Source: Gammaproteobacteria bacterium (GTDB lineage: Bacteria > Pseudomonadota > Gammaproteobacteria > Ga0077536). Taken from it: a DNA stretch of 64,000 nucleotides. Position 1 is the stretch's first letter. Each line of letters begins with the position of its first letter. Below are positions 20,396 through 31,323 of this stretch, one piece after another. The notes beneath the pieces were generated by a model. That model was given only the letters and a program-made list of their open reading frames with translations. It did no database searches and had not been told where the DNA came from. The position numbers were made by a program, and so were the translations under genes. The stretch is taken from positions 128,001 through 192,000 of the forward strand of contig CAXXLL010000003.1 in assembly GCA_963662545.2 (NCBI GenBank). The letters are read 5' to 3'.

Positions 20396-22318
20396 TTAAC
20401 CCTCCAACGAATTTTTTCCGCGCTGTGCTACTTCGTGGCGAAGCCGTTGCGCGAAGTCATCGAGTGACATTTCGCCCAAGTCGTCTCCGCCCTGCGCCCG
20501 CACGGCCACGGTTCCGTGTTCCATTTCCCGCTCGCCGACGACGAGCATATAAGGGATACGCTGCAACGTATGCTCGCGGATTTTAAGCCCGATCTTCTCG
20601 TTTCTCAAGTCTGAAGCGGCCCGGAACCCTTGATTCTTCAGGGTTTCCGATACTTGAAACGCGTAATCTGCGTGCTTTTCGGTAATGCTCATCGACACGG
20701 CCTGAATCGGGGCCAGCCACGGGGGGAAACGGCCCGCGTGCTCTTCGATCAGGATCCCGATGAAGCGTTCGAGCGAGCCGAGGAGCGCGCGGTGGATCAT
20801 TACGGGTACACGCCGTACGCCGTCATCGGCGATGAATTTGGCGCCCAGCCGCTCGGGCATCGAAAAATCAACCTGCACGGTCCCACACTGCCACACCCGA
20901 CCGATGCAATCACGCAGGCTAAAGTCGATTTTAGGACCGTAGAACGCGCCTTCACCCGGCTGCACTTTATACTCCAAACCCTTGTTTTTTAGAGCGAGAT
21001 CCAGCGCTGACTCGGCTTTGTCCCAGAGCGAATCGGCGCCGACCCGCTGCTCCGGGCGAAGCGACAGGGCGACTTCAATCTCATCGAAGCCGAAGTCGCG
21101 GTACACCCGAAAAGTCATGTCGATGAGCTGGCTGACCTCGGCCTGCAGGCCGTCCTCCGTGCAGAATATGTGGGCGTCGTCCTGGGTAAAGCGCCGCGCG
21201 CGCAGCAGACCGTGGAGCGTCCCGGACGGCTCGTTGCGGTGCACGATGCCGAATTCTGCAATGCGGTACGGCAAGTCGCGATAACTGCGTAGTGCATGGT
21301 TGAAAATCTGTACGTGCCCGGGACAATTCATCGGTTTAAGGGCGTATTCACGATTTTCCGAGCTCGTCGCGAAGATCATGTCGTGGAATTTGTCCCAGTG
21401 ACCCGATTTCTCCCACAGACTGCGATCGAGCACCTGCGGGGTGTGGACCTCCCGGTAATCGGCATAGCAGACTTCGCGAATGTAGCGCTCGACGACCCGG
21501 TAGAGTGCCCAGCCCTTCTCGTGCCAGAACACCATGCCCGGCGCTTCCTCCTGAAAATGAAAGAGATCCAGTTGCCTCCCGAGTTTCCGGTGATCGCGCT
21601 TCTCCGCTTCCTCCAGGCGATGCAGATAGGCTTTGAGTTCCTTCTTCTCGCCCCAGGCCGTGCCGTAAATACGCTGTAGCATTTCATTGTTCGAATCGCC
21701 GCGCCAATACGCGCCGGCAATCTTGGTCAGCTTGAAGGCCTTGAGTGCGCCGGTGCTCGGTACGTGCGGTCCGCGACACAGATCGACGAAATCTCCCTGA
21801 GCGTAGAGTGAGATCTCGTCCCCGGCAGGGATTGCCGCGATGATCTCCGCTTTGTATTCTTCGCCCATGCCCCGAAAGAAAGCCACCGCCTCGTCCCTGT
21901 CCATGACCCGGCGCTCGATCGCGTAGTCGGCCTTGGCCAGGTCCGCCATGCGTTTCTCAATCGCCTCCAAATCTTCCGGCGTGAACGACCGCTCGAACGC
22001 AAAATCGTAATAGAAACCATCCTCGATGACCGGGCCGATGGTAACCTGAGCCGAGGGAAACAATTGCTTGACGGCTTGCGCCAGCATATGCGCAGTGCTG
22101 TGCCGGATAACGTCGAGCCCGTCGGCGTCGCGCGCGGTAACGATGGCCAGTTCGGCGTCTCGTTCGATTCGATACGCCGTGTCGACCAGACGGCCGTCGA
22201 TCCTTCCGGCCAGTGCCGCCTTCGCGAGACCTGGACCGATAGACGTAGCGACCTCATACACCGTGACCGGCGCTTCGAACTGTTTCTGATTACCGTCGGG
22301 CAGGGTGATGGTGGGCAT
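20396..22318 (-). CDS. thrS: Threonyl-tRNA synthetase
   Basis: [39 protein letters not shown]. Confidence 0.98.
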   Translation of the reverse strand: MPTITLPDGNQKQFEAPVTVYEVATSIGPGLAKAALAGRIDGRLVDTAYRIERDAELAIVTARDADGLDVIRHSTAHMLAQAVKQLFPSAQVTIGPVIEDGFYYDFAFERSFTPEDLEAIEKRMADLAKADYAIERRVMDRDEAVAFFRGMGEEYKAEIIAAIPAGDEISLYAQGDFVDLCRGPHVPSTGALKAFKLTKIAGAYWRGDSNNEMLQRIYGTAWGEKKELKAYLHRLEEAEKRDHRKLGRQLDLFHFQEEAPGMVFWHEKGWALYRVVERYIREVCYADYREVHTPQVLDRSLWEKSGHWDKFHDMIFATSSENREYALKPMNCPGHVQIFNHALRSYRDLPYRIAEFGIVHRNEPSGTLHGLLRARRFTQDDAHIFCTEDGLQAEVSQLIDMTFRVYRDFGFDEIEVALSLRPEQRVGADSLWDKAESALDLALKNKGLEYKVQPGEGAFYGPKIDFSLRDCIGRVWQCGTVQVDFSMPERLGAKFIADDGVRRVPVMIHRALLGSLERFIGILIEEHAGRFPPWLAPIQAVSMSITEKHADYAFQVSETLKNQGFRAASDLRNEKIGLKIREHTLQRIPYMLVVGEREMEHGTVAVRAQGGDDLGEMSLDDFAQRLRHEVAQRGKNSLEG

Positions 22319-22355
22319 GTCATGCTCCGTGACCGATACGAGAGGTCATCGAAAT

Positions 22356-22432
22356 TGGTAGGCGCGATTGGACTCGAACCAACGACCCCCACCATGTCAA
22401 GGTGGTGCTCTAACCAGCTGAGCTACGCGCCT
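22356..22432 (-). tRNA. tRNA-Val(GAC)
   Basis: AGGCGCGTAGCTCAGCTGGTTAGAGCA-CCACC-TTGACAT-GGTGG...TTCGAGT...CCA. Confidence 0.96.
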
Positions 22433-22627
22433 ATTACTTAATAATCCTTACCTGCCATCCCTGGCGCAACGTATTCGTCTTCGTTTAGCCCCAGCCCGGC
22501 CAATCGTGGCCGGGTGCTCGCTGGGAGAAAGCTATGTTAAATGGCTTTCTCTTTTTCCGGCTCGCCCATCGCCGGGCGCGGATTATAAGCCAGAAAGCGC
22601 GGCCTTAGCGAACATGGCGCGGGCTAT

Positions 22628-25600
22628 TCAGGCGATCGTTTCTTGTACAGCCGGTATTTGTTGCCGGGCGGCATCCGCACCGTGGTCGCGGGCCAGTAGG
22701 AGGTAGAAAGCCGGCACCACGAAAAGCGTGAAAACGGTGCCGATGCCAAGCCCGCTCGCAATCACGAGTCCGATGTGAAAGCGGCTGACGGCACCTGGGC
22801 CGCTTGCGGTCAGCAGCGGGACCATGGCGACGACCATTGAGATGGTCGTCATTAATATCGGGCGCAGACGAATGCGCGCGGCCTCCTCGATCGCTTCGCG
22901 CTTGGGCAGACCGCGTACGATCTGGACCTGGTTCGCGAACTCGACGATCAAGATTCCATTCTTGGTAATGAGGCCGATCAGGGTGATCAGCCCGACCTGC
23001 GTATAAATGTTGGAGGTGGCAAACCCGAGTGCAATGAAGATCATCGCCCCGGCGATCGACATAGGTACCGACATCAATATGATCAGCGGATCCCGCCAGC
23101 TTTCGAACTGCGCGGCGAGTACGAGGTAGATCACGAGCAGTGCGACGAAAAACGTCATCATCAGCGCGCTGCCCTGCTGCGCATATTGACGTGACTCGCC
23201 GGCGTAATCCCACGAATAATTCTTCGGCAAGATTTCTCTCGCCGCCATCTCCAAGTAGTCGAGGGCGTCGCCCATGGCGACGCCCTCCGCCGGGACGCCC
23301 TCGAGGATGACCGCATTCAATTGCTGGAATTGGAGCCGCTCGCTCGGTTCCACCGAGCGCTCGAAGGAGACGATGGTAGACAGGGACACCAGCTTGCCGT
23401 CTCCGGTGCGCACGTAATAATCGTCGAGCATGTCCTGGCTCGCGCGGAACTTGCGTTCGACCTGCGGAATCACCTTGTAACTCCGGCCTTCCAGGTTGAA
23501 CCAGTTGACGTGATTGCCGCCCAACAGAGTCGCCAGCTCCTGGCCCAGGTCGTCCATCCGAATGCCGAGTATCCCTGCGCGATTGCGATCGATCAGGATG
23601 GTCGCTTTGGGCCGATTGAACTCGACCGATTTCTGCAAAAACATGAAACGCCCGCTTTGCATGGCGCGGCCGAGCAGTTCATCCACCACGCCGTCGAGCG
23701 CTTCGTAGTCGGCCGCCGAGGTCACCACGAACTGAACCGGCAGACCGCGGCCGGGTGACGGCAGGCTCGGGCGCCCAAACGCGGAGACTTGAAGGCCCGT
23801 AATCCCGAAAAGCTTCTGTTGCAATTCGTTCTGCACCTCCCACTGCGCGCGCTCGCGCTGCGAAGTGGGCGGCATCTTGAAACCCATGAAGATCGTGTTG
23901 CGCGCATTGTTGAAGCCGAGCATCGCAAAGCTTTCCTGATGCTCCGGAATGTCTTCGAACAACTCCACCATGCGATGGCCGTAATATTCGTCGTATTCGA
24001 CCGTGGCCGTCTGCGGTCCCCGCGCCATCATGAAGATGATGCTTTGATCCTCCATCGGAGCGAGTTCCGTCTGGCTCATGACGAACATGAAATATATGCT
24101 GACCAGGATCGCAATGCCGAACACGACGATGACTGAGGTGAAGTCGAGGAATTTATGCAAGACCGCCTTGTAGGCATCCGCGAGGACGTTGAAGATTCGC
24201 TCAACGAGCAGCTCGAAACGACCGTGCTTGTCGGCCTTGAACACTCTCGAACACAACATGGGCGATAAGGTCAGCGCAACGACGCCTGAGATCAGCACCG
24301 CGCCGGCGAGAGTAAAGGCGAATTCGGTGAACAAGGTTCCTACCAGCCCGCCCATAAATCCGATCGGCGCGTAGACGGCAATCAAGGTCGTGGTCATCGC
24401 GATGATGGGAAGCTGCAGTTGCCGCGCACCGACGAACGCGGCCTCCAGCGGCGCACGCCCCTTTTCGATGTGGCGGTGGATGTTCTCGGCGATGACGATG
24501 GCATCGTCGACCACCAGGCCGATTGCCAGCACCAATGCGAGCAAGGTCAGCAGATTGATGGAAAAGCCCATCAAGAGCATCAGGAAAGCGCCGCCGATGA
24601 GCGACAGCGGCAGCGCGACAGCGGGGATGAACGCGGCGCGCACCGACCCCAAAGTTAGCAGAATGACGCTGAGCACGATGAGTACGGCCTGGGCCAGGGT
24701 GGTGAACACTTCCTCGATCGATTCCTGGATGAATTCGCTGGCGTCGTACGGAATGAACACCTTGAGCCCGCTCGGCATCTGTGCACTGATGTCGGGGATC
24801 TCCGCGTGAATCCGCTCGGCAACCGTCAGGGGATTGGCACCGGGCGTCGGGGTGATGCCGAGGAAAAGCGCCGTCTTGCCGTTGTACCAGGCGGTCGATT
24901 CGTAATCCTCGGCACCGAGTTCCATGCGGGCGACGTCCGAGAGGCGCACGATGACGCCGGTTTCCTCGCGCACCACCAGGTCCCTGAATTCATCGACGCT
25001 CGAGATGTCGGTCGTCGCGCTCAAGTCGACGGCGACGTACTCGCCTTTAGTTTCCCCGGCACCGGACAAGTAATTATTGGCGAGTAAAACGCGGCGAACG
25101 TCAGCCGCCGTAACGTTCATGGCCGCCATGCGCCGGGGATCAAGCCAGATACGCATGGCATAGGTCTTGTCCCCGATCATCCTCGCCTTGGCAACGCCGG
25201 GGATCGCCTGCAGCCGGGGCCGCACTACGCGGATCAGGTAATCCGTGATTTCCGGCGGCGACATCGAATCGCTGTAAAACGCCAGATACATCAGCGCCGT
25301 TGGATTGCCCGTCTGCGAATCGATAACCGGATCGTTGGCCTCCTCCGGCAGCACGTTGCGCTGGCTCGCGACCTTGGCCTGGATCTCGGCGACCGCGGCA
25401 TTGGGATCGTAATTGAGCTCCATGTATGCCTCGATCACGGAGATCCCCTGCTTGCTGGTGGCCTTGAGAAAATCGATGCCGTCGGCTTCCGCGATCGCTT
25501 GCTGCAAGGGCGTGGTGATGAAGCCCTTGACGAGTTCACTGCTGGCGCCCGGATAGGTCGTACGCACGGTGATCAGGGTGTTCTCGGTTTTCGGATACTG

Positions 25601-25705
25601 CCGTAGTTCCAGCAGCGTAATCGAGCGCACGCCGAGGACGAGGATCATCAAGCTGATGACGCTCGCGAGGACCGGGCGGCGGATGAAGATGTCGGTCAGG
25701 TTCAA
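22628..25705 (-). CDS. RND efflux permease (MexW/MexI-like)
   Basis: FIRRPVLA, GLVVDDAIV, KNGILIVEFAN, RLRPILMT; TTG start overlaps the MFP stop. Confidence 0.95.
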   Translation of the reverse strand: MNLTDIFIRRPVLASVISLMILVLGVRSITLLELRQYPKTENTLITVRTTYPGASSELVKGFITTPLQQAIAEADGIDFLKATSKQGISVIEAYMELNYDPNAAVAEIQAKVASQRNVLPEEANDPVIDSQTGNPTALMYLAFYSDSMSPPEITDYLIRVVRPRLQAIPGVAKARMIGDKTYAMRIWLDPRRMAAMNVTAADVRRVLLANNYLSGAGETKGEYVAVDLSATTDISSVDEFRDLVVREETGVIVRLSDVARMELGAEDYESTAWYNGKTALFLGITPTPGANPLTVAERIHAEIPDISAQMPSGLKVFIPYDASEFIQESIEEVFTTLAQAVLIVLSVILLTLGSVRAAFIPAVALPLSLIGGAFLMLLMGFSINLLTLLALVLAIGLVVDDAIVIAENIHRHIEKGRAPLEAAFVGARQLQLPIIAMTTTLIAVYAPIGFMGGLVGTLFTEFAFTLAGAVLISGVVALTLSPMLCSRVFKADKHGRFELLVERIFNVLADAYKAVLHKFLDFTSVIVVFGIAILVSIYFMFVMSQTELAPMEDQSIIFMMARGPQTATVEYDEYYGHRMVELFEDIPEHQESFAMLGFNNARNTIFMGFKMPPTSQRERAQWEVQNELQQKLFGITGLQVSAFGRPSLPSPGRGLPVQFVVTSAADYEALDGVVDELLGRAMQSGRFMFLQKSVEFNRPKATILIDRNRAGILGIRMDDLGQELATLLGGNHVNWFNLEGRSYKVIPQVERKFRASQDMLDDYYVRTGDGKLVSLSTIVSFERSVEPSERLQFQQLNAVILEGVPAEGVAMGDALDYLEMAAREILPKNYSWDYAGESRQYAQQGSALMMTFFVALLVIYLVLAAQFESWRDPLIILMSVPMSIAGAMIFIALGFATSNIYTQVGLITLIGLITKNGILIVEFANQVQIVRGLPKREAIEEAARIRLRPILMTTISMVVAMVPLLTASGPGAVSRFHIGLVIASGLGIGTVFTLFVVPAFYLLLARDHGADAARQQIPAVQETIA

Positions 25706-26799
25706 GGCGTTTCGCTCGCCAGGGCGGCGGAGACGTTTTCTGTGATCGTGACCGGCATGCCGTTGCGAAGCTTATTCTGTCCCACCGCAACGACCCGATC
25801 GCCCCGCGCGATCTCCGCGACAATTTCGACGCGCCCGTCGCGCACTTCCCCGGTCCGCACCCGCCGGCGCTCGACGATGGTGGCACCGTCCTGCTCGACG
25901 ACGATGAATACGGTGTCGCCGAAGGGGCTGTAGGTCACTGCGGTCTCCGGCAGCGACAACACCTCTTTACGCGCTGGTTCGATCGTCCACACCTCGGCGA
26001 ACATACCGGGACGCAGCCGCCGCTCGGGATTGGCCAGCGTCGCGCGAATTCTCACACTGCGGGTGTTGGGATCGATGCCCGGTTCGATGGCGGTGATTGC
26101 GCCGTGAAACTTTTCCCCGGGATAGGCCGGCACTTCGATTTCGATGGCCTGGTCGATCGCCAGCCGGCTCAGGAACTGCTCCGGCAACGCGTAATCGACG
26201 TGAATCGGGTCGAGCATTTGCAGCGGCACGACCGGATCACCCGGCTCGAGATGTTCGCCGAGATCGATCATGCGTATGCCCAGCGTCCCATCGAAAGGCG
26301 CGTAGACCCGCTTACGCGCGATATAGGCCTTCTTGGCCTGCATCGCGGCTTCTGCCTCATCGCGCGCAGCACGCGCCGCGTCGTAATCCGATTGCGAGAT
26401 CTGATGTTCGCCCAGCAGTCTCTTGGCGCGTTCAAACTGCAATTCCCGCAATTCGCGCGCGGCGATCAAACCGTCGAGCTCGGCCATGTCGACGCCGATG
26501 TCCATTTGCACCAGGATCTTCCCGCGCTTGACCTCTTCGCCGGATTCGAATTTGATTTCGGTCACGGTGCCGGGCAGTGGAGCGGTCACGTCGATCCCCT
26601 GCTCGGCGACGACGGATCCCACGGCGAACAAGGTCTGCCGCCAGCTTTCGGACTGGAGCTCAGCCACGGTGACGGCGGACGGCGGAAATACACGGCTGCT
26701 GATGGCCGCCATCTCCTCCATCTTTTTCATCTTCAGCGCATAGGTCGCGCCACCGACGCCGGCGATCACGATGACGATGAGAAGGAGACGCTTAATCAC
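25702..26799 (-). CDS. RND periplasmic adaptor (membrane fusion protein)
   Basis: N-terminal TM, lipoyl-like GTVTEI.FESG, APFDGTLG, LRPGMFA. Confidence 0.93.
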   Translation of the reverse strand: MIKRLLLIVIVIAGVGGATYALKMKKMEEMAAISSRVFPPSAVTVAELQSESWRQTLFAVGSVVAEQGIDVTAPLPGTVTEIKFESGEEVKRGKILVQMDIGVDMAELDGLIAARELRELQFERAKRLLGEHQISQSDYDAARAARDEAEAAMQAKKAYIARKRVYAPFDGTLGIRMIDLGEHLEPGDPVVPLQMLDPIHVDYALPEQFLSRLAIDQAIEIEVPAYPGEKFHGAITAIEPGIDPNTRSVRIRATLANPERRLRPGMFAEVWTIEPARKEVLSLPETAVTYSPFGDTVFIVVEQDGATIVERRRVRTGEVRDGRVEIVAEIARGDRVVAVGQNKLRNGMPVTITENVSAALASETP

Positions 26800-26865
26800 G
26801 GGCGGGCATTATAGCGGGCCGTTGCTGTTTGACAGCGATAGTAGATTACCTAACCGAAAGGCTTC

Positions 26866-28890
26866 TTAACGAACAGCAACGACCGGCATGTCGAGCAGAT
26901 CCGTCTTGAGCGCCGCGATCTCGTCGCGGATGCGGGCAGCCTCTTCGAATTCCAGATCGCGCGCATGACGATACATGCGTTCTTCCAATTGTTTAACCTT
27001 CTTCATCAACCCCTCATCGGACAGCCCGGCATATTCGGCCCGCTTCTCGGCGGCACGAAGCGCCCGACGCGGTTTTCCGGTGCCCGATGAATAGGCACCT
27101 TCCATAATGTCCGTGACATGCTTGCGGATCCCTTTCGGCGTGATGCCGTGCTCGATATTGAATTCGATCTGCACCTGCCGGCGCCGCTCCATCTCGTCCA
27201 GCGCTCGTTGCATCGAACCGGTCACGGTATCCGCATACATAATGGCGCGACCGTCGATATTGCGCGCGGCGCGGCCGGTGGTCTGGATCAACGACCGATC
27301 GGACCGCAGAAAGCCTTCCTTGTCGGCATCGAGAATTGCAACCAGTGATACCTCGGGAAGGTCCAAGCCTTCGCGCAGCAGATTGATCCCGACCAACACA
27401 TCGAATTCACCGAGCCGCAGATCGCGGATGATTTCCACGCGCTCGACGGTGTCGATGTCCGAGTGCAGATACCGCACCCGCACCCCATGCTCGGCGAGGT
27501 AGTCGGTCAAGTCCTCGGCCATGCGTTTGGTCAAGGTCGTCACCAGCACGCGCTCGTTGCGTGCCGCGCAGATGTTGATTTCCGACAGCAAATCATCAAC
27601 CTGGGTTCCGACTGGCCGCACTTCGACTCGCGGGTCGATCAGCCCCGTAGGCCGCACGACCAATTCGACCACCCGATCAGCGTGTTTTTCCTCGTAAGGC
27701 CCGGGCGTCGCGGACGTGAAGATCATCTGCGGCGCCATTTGTTCAAATTCATCGAACCTGAGCGGCCGGTTATCGAGTGCCGACGGCAGCCTGAATCCAT
27801 ATTCCACCAGGTTTTCCTTGCGCGAGCGATCGCCCCGGTACATGCCGCCCAACTGTGGCACGGTCACGTGGCTTTCGTCGATTACGAGCAGCGTGTTCTT
27901 CGGCAGGTATTCGAACAGCGTCGCCGGCGGCTCGCCGGGCGCACGCCCGGAGAGGTGACGGCTGTAGTTCTCGATGCCGTTGCAGTAGCCGATCTCGGCC
28001 ATCATCTCGATGTCGAAACGCGCGCGCTGCTCCAGGCGCTGCGCCTCAACGAGCTTGTTGAGCGCGCGCAATTGTTCGAGCCGTTCGACCAGTTCGACCT
28101 TGATCGTCTCGATCGCCCGCAGCACGGTTTCGCGCGCCGTCACGTAATGCGATTTCGGGTAAATCGTAAAACGCGGCACCTTGCGCAGAACTTCGCCGGT
28201 AAGGGGATCGAAGTGCGCCAGCGATTCTATTTCGTCGTCGAACAACTCCACGCGCAAGGCATTCCGATCCGATTCCGCGGGGAAAATGTCGATGATCTCC
28301 CCGTGAACCCGGTAGCTGCCGCGTTCCAGTTCGTAATCGTTGCGCCGGTACTGGAGATCCGCAAGCCGCCGCAGAAGCGCTCGCTGATCGATGATGTCCC
28401 CACGGCGCAGGTGCAGCACCATGGCATGGTATTCGTCGGGCTCACCCAGGCCGTAGATGGCCGAGACCGTGGCCACAATGATCGTATCGGGCCGCTCTAG
28501 CAGTGCCTTGGTCGCCGACAGACGCATCTGCTCGATGTGATCGTTGATCGAGGCGTCCTTCTCTATATAAGTGTCCGAAGCCGGAACATAGGCCTCGGGC
28601 TGGTAGTAATCGTAGTAGGACACGAAATACTCGACCGCGTTCTGCGGGAAGAACTCGCGCATCTCACCGTAGAGTTGCGCGGCGAGGGTCTTGTTCGGCG
28701 CCATTATCAGGGTCGGACGCTGCACTGCCTCGATCACTTTCGCGATGGTAAAGGTCTTGCCGGAACCGGTGACGCCGAGCAGCGTCTGATGATAGAGGCC
28801 GGCTTCAAGCCCTTCGACCAGCGCCGCAATGGCTTGCGGCTGGCCGCCGGCGGGGTCGAATGTCGATTCGAGAGCGAGGTTCTTGCTCAT
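26866..28890 (-). CDS. uvrB: Excinuclease ABC subunit B
   Basis: [26 protein letters not shown]-terminal [11 protein letters not shown]. Confidence 0.98.
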   Translation of the reverse strand: MSKNLALESTFDPAGGQPQAIAALVEGLEAGLYHQTLLGVTGSGKTFTIAKVIEAVQRPTLIMAPNKTLAAQLYGEMREFFPQNAVEYFVSYYDYYQPEAYVPASDTYIEKDASINDHIEQMRLSATKALLERPDTIIVATVSAIYGLGEPDEYHAMVLHLRRGDIIDQRALLRRLADLQYRRNDYELERGSYRVHGEIIDIFPAESDRNALRVELFDDEIESLAHFDPLTGEVLRKVPRFTIYPKSHYVTARETVLRAIETIKVELVERLEQLRALNKLVEAQRLEQRARFDIEMMAEIGYCNGIENYSRHLSGRAPGEPPATLFEYLPKNTLLVIDESHVTVPQLGGMYRGDRSRKENLVEYGFRLPSALDNRPLRFDEFEQMAPQMIFTSATPGPYEEKHADRVVELVVRPTGLIDPRVEVRPVGTQVDDLLSEINICAARNERVLVTTLTKRMAEDLTDYLAEHGVRVRYLHSDIDTVERVEIIRDLRLGEFDVLVGINLLREGLDLPEVSLVAILDADKEGFLRSDRSLIQTTGRAARNIDGRAIMYADTVTGSMQRALDEMERRRQVQIEFNIEHGITPKGIRKHVTDIMEGAYSSGTGKPRRALRAAEKRAEYAGLSDEGLMKKVKQLEERMYRHARDLEFEEAARIRDEIAALKTDLLDMPVVAVR

Positions 28891-29000
28891 CGACGGGTCA
28901 AGGCATCGATGTGAGGTGTCATGCTTGCGGGGTCATCAGGAGTTCGTATAGTACACGGCCCCCGCGTCGCCCAATGCAAACGAAAGAGGAGGTTCGCGCC

Positions 29001-30185
29001 TTGGAGGTCAAACCGTCACTACGCGCGCAAAGCGTCAGGCCGTCACCGACGATGGCGATATCCGCGAAAGCTGCCGAGCTGGAACGCGCAGGTAAAGACA
29101 TCCTGAGCCTCGCGGCCGGCGAACCGGATTTCGACACGCCCGAGCACGTCAAGGCCGCTGCGATAGTCGCGATCAACGATGGGTTTACTAAGTACACGGC
29201 GGTGGACGGCACGCTCGAATTGAAACAGGCCATCATCGAAAAATTCGAGCGGGAAAACAACTTGCGGTTCTCCCTGGAGCAGATATTGGTATCGAGCGGC
29301 TGCAAGCACAGCATTTACAACCTGATGCAGGCGCTGTTGAACGATGGCGACGAAGTGATCATCCCCGCGCCATATTGGGTGTCGTACCCTGACATGGCAC
29401 GCTTGGCGGGCGCCGAACCCGTCATCCTGCGAACGGACATCGCGAGCTGTTTCAAGATCACCGCCGAGCAGCTTCGCGGCGCTCTCGGTAAGCGCTCGCG
29501 GCTGCTGATCCTGAACAGTCCATCGAATCCGAGCGGCAGCGTATATACGCGATCCGAACTCGAAGCGCTGGGCTCCGTTTTGATCGATTTTCCGGACGTC
29601 TGCGTCGCCACCGACGACATTTACGAACACATCCTGTGGACCGGCGAACCTTTTATCAACGTACTCAATGCCGTGCCCCAGTTGCACGAGCGCACCGTGG
29701 TCCTGAACGGGGTATCCAAGGCCTATGCGATGACCGGCTGGCGGATAGGCTACGCCGCCGGTCCGGCAAGCCTCATTGCAGCGATGAAGAAGATCCAGTC
29801 GCAAAGCACCTCGAACCCGACTTCGATCGCGCAGGTCGCAGCGACGGCCGCATTGAACGGCGACCAGTCGTCGCTGGCGGAGCAATCCGCCGTCTTCAAG
29901 CAACGGCATGATTTCGTCATCCGTGAACTGGATCGGATCAAGGGCGTCGAGGTGCAGCCGTCGGCAGAGACCTTCTACACCTTCCCCGACATGAGCGGCG
30001 TCATCGAGCGCGCGGCCGATATCGACGACGACCTGCAACTCGCGGCATACCTGCTGGACCACGCGGGCGTCGCCGGCGTCCCCGGATCGGCGTTCGGCGC
30101 TGCAGGGTGCATGCGGTTTCCCTACGCAACCAGCATGGACGTGCTGAAGGACGCGATGACCAGGCTACAAGAGGCGCTTACCTGA
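29001..30185 (+). CDS. PLP-dependent aspartate aminotransferase (class I/II)
   Basis: GEPDFDTP, PYWVSYP, NSPSNPSG, SKAYAMTGWRIG; TTG start at 29001 after GAGGAGG. Confidence 0.93.
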   Translation: MEVKPSLRAQSVRPSPTMAISAKAAELERAGKDILSLAAGEPDFDTPEHVKAAAIVAINDGFTKYTAVDGTLELKQAIIEKFERENNLRFSLEQILVSSGCKHSIYNLMQALLNDGDEVIIPAPYWVSYPDMARLAGAEPVILRTDIASCFKITAEQLRGALGKRSRLLILNSPSNPSGSVYTRSELEALGSVLIDFPDVCVATDDIYEHILWTGEPFINVLNAVPQLHERTVVLNGVSKAYAMTGWRIGYAAGPASLIAAMKKIQSQSTSNPTSIAQVAATAALNGDQSSLAEQSAVFKQRHDFVIRELDRIKGVEVQPSAETFYTFPDMSGVIERAADIDDDLQLAAYLLDHAGVAGVPGSAFGAAGCMRFPYATSMDVLKDAMTRLQEALT

Positions 30186-30243
30186 ACGGCGCGCGCGTTG
30201 ATCCGATCTTGGGGCCTCAGTACCATACGCGCCTCCCTCCCAA

Positions 30244-30319
30244 TCCCCGGTAGCTCAGTTGGTAGAGCGGGTGACTGTTAATCACTAGGTCGGCGGTTCG
30301 AGCCCGTCCCGGGGAGCCA
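30244..30319 (+). tRNA. tRNA-Asn(GTT)
   Basis: TCCCCGGTAGCTCAGTTGGTAGAGC-GGTGA-CTGTTAA-TCACT...TTCGAG...GGGGAGCCA. Confidence 0.96.
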
Positions 30320-30438
30320 TCGAATTTCCACTTTCGTCCAACACCGGATATCGCGAACAGGCAAAAGGCAAGACCTGACCCCGGTGCTCAGAAACCGCGG
30401 TGACCTGGGCGCGCAAGGCGAATTTGACGAATTCCAGC

Positions 30439-30478
30439 CAAGCAAACAAGCAAACAAGCAAACAAGCAAACAAGCAAA
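30439..30478 (+). repeat. Tandem repeat (CAAGCAAA)x5
   Basis: Five perfect 8-mers ending in the RBS of the SnoaL-like gene. Confidence 0.92.
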
Positions 30479-30488
30479 GGACCATCCC

Positions 30489-30863
30489 ATGTCGATTAAA
30501 AAGCTGCTCGATATGCTGACGATCGCCTGGAATGAACAGGACGTCGATACGATCCTTTCGCTGTTTGCCGAAGACGGCACCTATCACGAGCCTAGCGGGC
30601 CAGAGAACCTGGGCCGAAGTCACACCGGCCATGCCGCCATTCGCGCGGTGCTAGAAAAGGGATTTGCGGCTTTCCCCGACGGCACCATAGTCCCGACTAA
30701 GCTCGCCAACATTGCCGACGATAGCGCGTGTTCGGAGTGGGATTTCGAATTTTCGGATAAAGGCGGCAGAAAGATGAAAGTGCACGGCGTTGATGTCTTC
30801 ACCTTTGAGAACGGCAAGATCAAGCATAAGAACGCGTTTTTGAAGCGGTACGTCGGAGTATAG
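30489..30863 (+). CDS. SnoaL/NTF2-like protein
   Basis: AWNEQDVDTILSLFAEDG, GHAAIR, GVDVFTFENGKI. Confidence 0.85.
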   Translation: MSIKKLLDMLTIAWNEQDVDTILSLFAEDGTYHEPSGPENLGRSHTGHAAIRAVLEKGFAAFPDGTIVPTKLANIADDSACSEWDFEFSDKGGRKMKVHGVDVFTFENGKIKHKNAFLKRYVGV

Positions 30864-30987
30864 ATTCTATGTCGATGCGCAAGCGTAACGTTCCATCTCG
30901 TACTCCTCCATAAAAAGGGGACATCCCTAATTAAGCGTAGATCGTGGCGTTATTCCGGGACGAAAAAGTGGAATGTCCCCTTTATCC

Positions 30988-31107
30988 CCTCGTCGTTCAC
31001 AGATTGTCTTGCAACAACTGAGATCAACTCGAGCCATGCAGATTCAACGAACCGACAAATCAATCTATCGCTTTGTATTTCGTTGGAGTTTTATGGGGAT
31101 TCCTCAG
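30988..31107 (-). mobile_element. ~120-bp left-end remnant of the IS4/IS10-like element
   Basis: Near-identical to 40269-40388 and ends in ...GGGGATTCCTCAG. Confidence 0.85.
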
Positions 31108-31163
31108 GGTGTTAGGTTTATTTTTTCCGTAGATAGCGAACGGCTCTAAATAAACCTGACACC
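31108..31163. repeat. Palindrome GGTGTTAGGTTTATTT...AAATAAACCTGACACC
   Basis: 16-bp arms with one mismatch. Confidence 0.8.
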
Positions 31164-31323
31164 TTTTCTTTCCGATTGAACTGCATGATCGCTCCTCCCG
31201 GTCGAATTAATCGATCGGTATTGAATCACATACGGCTAAAATGAGTGTCGCCATCATCGAACCGCTCGTGTTTGCCGGCGCGCTCGGTTTAATATCGGCG
31301 CCAAAGAAACAGGAGGCGCCCGC

